From positions 1 to 37,700 of the forward strand of contig CAYFFN010000002.1 in NCBI GenBank assembly GCA_964342335.1: a DNA stretch of 37,700 nucleotides, written 5' to 3'. The translations under genes and the position numbers were made by a program. This DNA is from an uncultured Azospirillaceae bacterium. Its GTDB lineage: Bacteria; Pseudomonadota; Alphaproteobacteria; Rickettsiales; UBA3002. How positions within the stretch are numbered: the stretch's first letter is position 1; the number at the start of each line of letters is the position of its first letter. Positions 35,806 to 37,700 of this stretch are shown here, in pieces. The notes under the pieces are model-generated. The model saw only the letters and a program-made list of their open reading frames with translations, had not been told where the DNA came from and did no database searches.

Positions 35806-36441
35806 ATGGCAAGAGCAGACAATTTACCGCGCATCCCAGGCCCTAAACCCAGTATTATAAACCATGATATGGGTATTGGTATGGTGGTGGGACAGCTTGT
35901 TGCTGGGGCTGCAGCTTTCGCCTTCCTTGCTTTGGCCGGCCCATCTTTGTTGGCGGGTGCTAGCGTTGCCGGTATTGCTACCGCTCAATTGGCGGTGATT
36001 GGTTCAGGATTAGCTGGAACAATTGGCGGAGCATTAATAGGTGGATCTAATGGCAAAAAGCGCATGGAGCGTGAGCAAGTAGAAGGCCGCGAGGTACATG
36101 AGCCGACTTTTTTCAATAAAGGAATTCTTTCCGGCCTTTGGCTGGCCTTTCCTATTGGCTCTATCGTGTTTAGCTTCATCCGTAAGAATGAGATGGAGCA
36201 AGAGGTAAAACAAGCCGAGGGAATCGCGGAGACGCAGCGTGCAGGTCATTTCATGCTGGCGCAGCATGTGGCGATAGGTCATGAGCATGCTCAACAACAG
36301 CATATGCAGGTCACAACGGAGGATATGGCGTTATTAAACGAGAGAATGCGCGGAGGTTCTCATCAAATGCCCCAGTTCGTGCAGAATGAACTGCATCGCC
36401 AAGAGGCGGCTGCATTACAATCACAAGAAGCGAATCGTTAA
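35806..36441 (+). CDS. hypothetical membrane protein with a glycine-zipper segment
   Basis: An AGGAAG RBS and an AT-rich upstream region with TGcTAGAAT (35764..35772) precede it. It has hydrophobic Gly/Ala-rich helices (VAGIATAQLAVIGSGLAGTIGGALIGGSNG), a further TM helix and a His/Gln-rich tail. No other motif was recognised. Confidence 0.55.
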   Translation: MARADNLPRIPGPKPSIINHDMGIGMVVGQLVAGAAAFAFLALAGPSLLAGASVAGIATAQLAVIGSGLAGTIGGALIGGSNGKKRMEREQVEGREVHEPTFFNKGILSGLWLAFPIGSIVFSFIRKNEMEQEVKQAEGIAETQRAGHFMLAQHVAIGHEHAQQQHMQVTTEDMALLNERMRGGSHQMPQFVQNELHRQEAAALQSQEANR

Positions 36442-37700
36442 GCTGCGTTGCTGGCGTGGTCGTCGGTATGCAGGTAATGCTGCATCGAGCGCACACAGAG
36501 ACCTTTGGATTCGGTCAGCATGGCTTCCAGTGCTTTCACCAGCGCTAGGGATCCTTCCAATGTCGTGGAGTAAGGAATCTTTTCCATCAGCGCGGTGCGG
36601 CGAATCGTGTAGCTGTCCTTGATGGCGAGCTGACCGTCGGTGGTGTTGATGACGAGCGAAATCTCACCGTCTTTAAGCAAATCGACGATATGCGGGCGGC
36701 CTTCACGCACTTTGTTTACGGTCTGTACCGATTCCAGCCCGCGCTCATGCAAGAAGCTTGCAGTGCCGCGTGTGCTTACGACTTTGAAGCCGAGGCGTAG
36801 CAGGGTTTCTGCAATCTCAATCGCCCCTTCTTTGTCGCCGTCTTTCACGGAGAGGAATACCGTGCCGCTCTCAGGCATGGTGCTGCCCGCTGCGAGATGC
36901 GCTTTGGCATAGGCTAGCGCGAAGTTCTTATCGATACCCATGGCCTCACCGGTCGATTTCATCTCGGGGCCGAGGATGATATCCACGTTCGGGAAGCGCG
37001 CGAAGGGGAACACCGCCTCTTTCACCGCGACATGCTCCATATGCGCGTAAGCACGCTTGGGCAGTTTGAAGTCAGGGAGTGGCTCATCCACCATCAGGCG
37101 AGAAGCAATCTTGGCAATCGGGTAGCCGGTCGCTTTCGCCACGAATGGCACCGTGCGGCTGGCGCGCGGGTTCACTTCGATGATGAAAATCTCGCCGTCT
37201 TTCACGGCGAACTGCACATTCATCAGACCCTTCACTTCCAGCGCGCGGGCGAGTGCCACGGTCTGCTGGCAAATCTCATCGACAATTTCGCTGCTGAGGG
37301 AATAAGGCGGCAGTGAACAGGCCGAGTCACCGGAGTGAATACCTGCTTCTTCGATATGCTCCATCACGCCTGCAATCACCACATTCTGGCCGTCACAAAG
37401 TGCATCTACATCCAGCTCGGTTGCGCCTTGCAGGTAGCCATCGATCAAGATTGGGCCATCGCCGAAATGCTTTAGCACCTCGCGCACATAATCTTTGAGT
37501 GCGGGTGCATCATGGATAATCGCCATTGCGCGGCCACCCAGCACGTAAGAGGGGCGGACTACCACGGGGTAGCCAATCACCTCGGCTTGCGCGACGACTT
37601 CTTCGGCACTGTGGCAGATATTATTTGCAGGCTGTTTGAGGTCGAGTGAGTAAAGCAGTTTCTGGAAGCGCTCACGGTCTTCGGCCAAATCGATAGAGTC
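36438..37700 (-). CDS. carB: carbamoyl-phosphate synthase large subunit, C-terminal part (gene continues beyond window end)
   Basis: It contains the second ATP-grasp half (PVVVRPSYVLGGRAM, IHSGDS, EVNPRASRT) and the MGS-like allosteric domain (FLSV.D.DK.....A..L...GF....T.GT). The ORF is open to the window edge. Confidence 0.93.
   Translation of the reverse strand, partial: DSIDLAEDRERFQKLLYSLDLKQPANNICHSAEEVVAQAEVIGYPVVVRPSYVLGGRAMAIIHDAPALKDYVREVLKHFGDGPILIDGYLQGATELDVDALCDGQNVVIAGVMEHIEEAGIHSGDSACSLPPYSLSSEIVDEICQQTVALARALEVKGLMNVQFAVKDGEIFIIEVNPRASRTVPFVAKATGYPIAKIASRLMVDEPLPDFKLPKRAYAHMEHVAVKEAVFPFARFPNVDIILGPEMKSTGEAMGIDKNFALAYAKAHLAAGSTMPESGTVFLSVKDGDKEGAIEIAETLLRLGFKVVSTRGTASFLHERGLESVQTVNKVREGRPHIVDLLKDGEISLVINTTDGQLAIKDSYTIRRTALMEKIPYSTTLEGSLALVKALEAMLTESKGLCVRSMQHYLHTDDHASNAA

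Overview
This window looks like compact, mostly housekeeping chromosome of alphaproteobacterial type; that assignment is inferred from gene content and synteny (sucA-sucB-lpdA, type-II NADP-icd, short PutA, UbiK, MidA/NDUFAF7-like, ELM1-like, rplY-pth-ychF, trxB-lysR, greA/carB). I call about 33 protein genes and one tRNA-Arg(CCU). All product calls rest on motifs I recognise in the supplied translations, because no database search was possible. Genes are tightly packed: several convergent pairs have stop codons 2-3 nt apart or overlapping. Against that background four things stand out. (1) An accessory-looking cluster lies directly downstream of the tRNA (7.67-12.6 kb). It holds a gene for a signal-peptide protein that appears split over three reading frames, followed by two tandem paralogous genes of unknown function. 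Each paralog is preceded by the same 18-nt motif containing a GACA-N6-TGTC palindrome. This is my best candidate for an undescribed system. (2) A dispersed, structured ~65-90 nt intergenic repeat family has at least 8 copies, with compensatory base changes preserving three hairpins. A separate ~231 bp MITE-like element has ~27 nt terminal inverted repeats, and its ends supply the TAG stops of both flanking genes. (3) A well-defined small-RNA candidate (promoter, three hairpins, single-stranded CCUCCC, intrinsic terminator) sits downstream of the trxB-lysR pair, where AbcR-type sRNAs lie in rhizobia. (4) An orphan 677-aa carboxyltransferase-domain protein has no biotinyl domain and an H-x-Q in place of the H-x-H metal motif. 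No CRISPR array, transposase, integrase or recognisable defence gene was seen.
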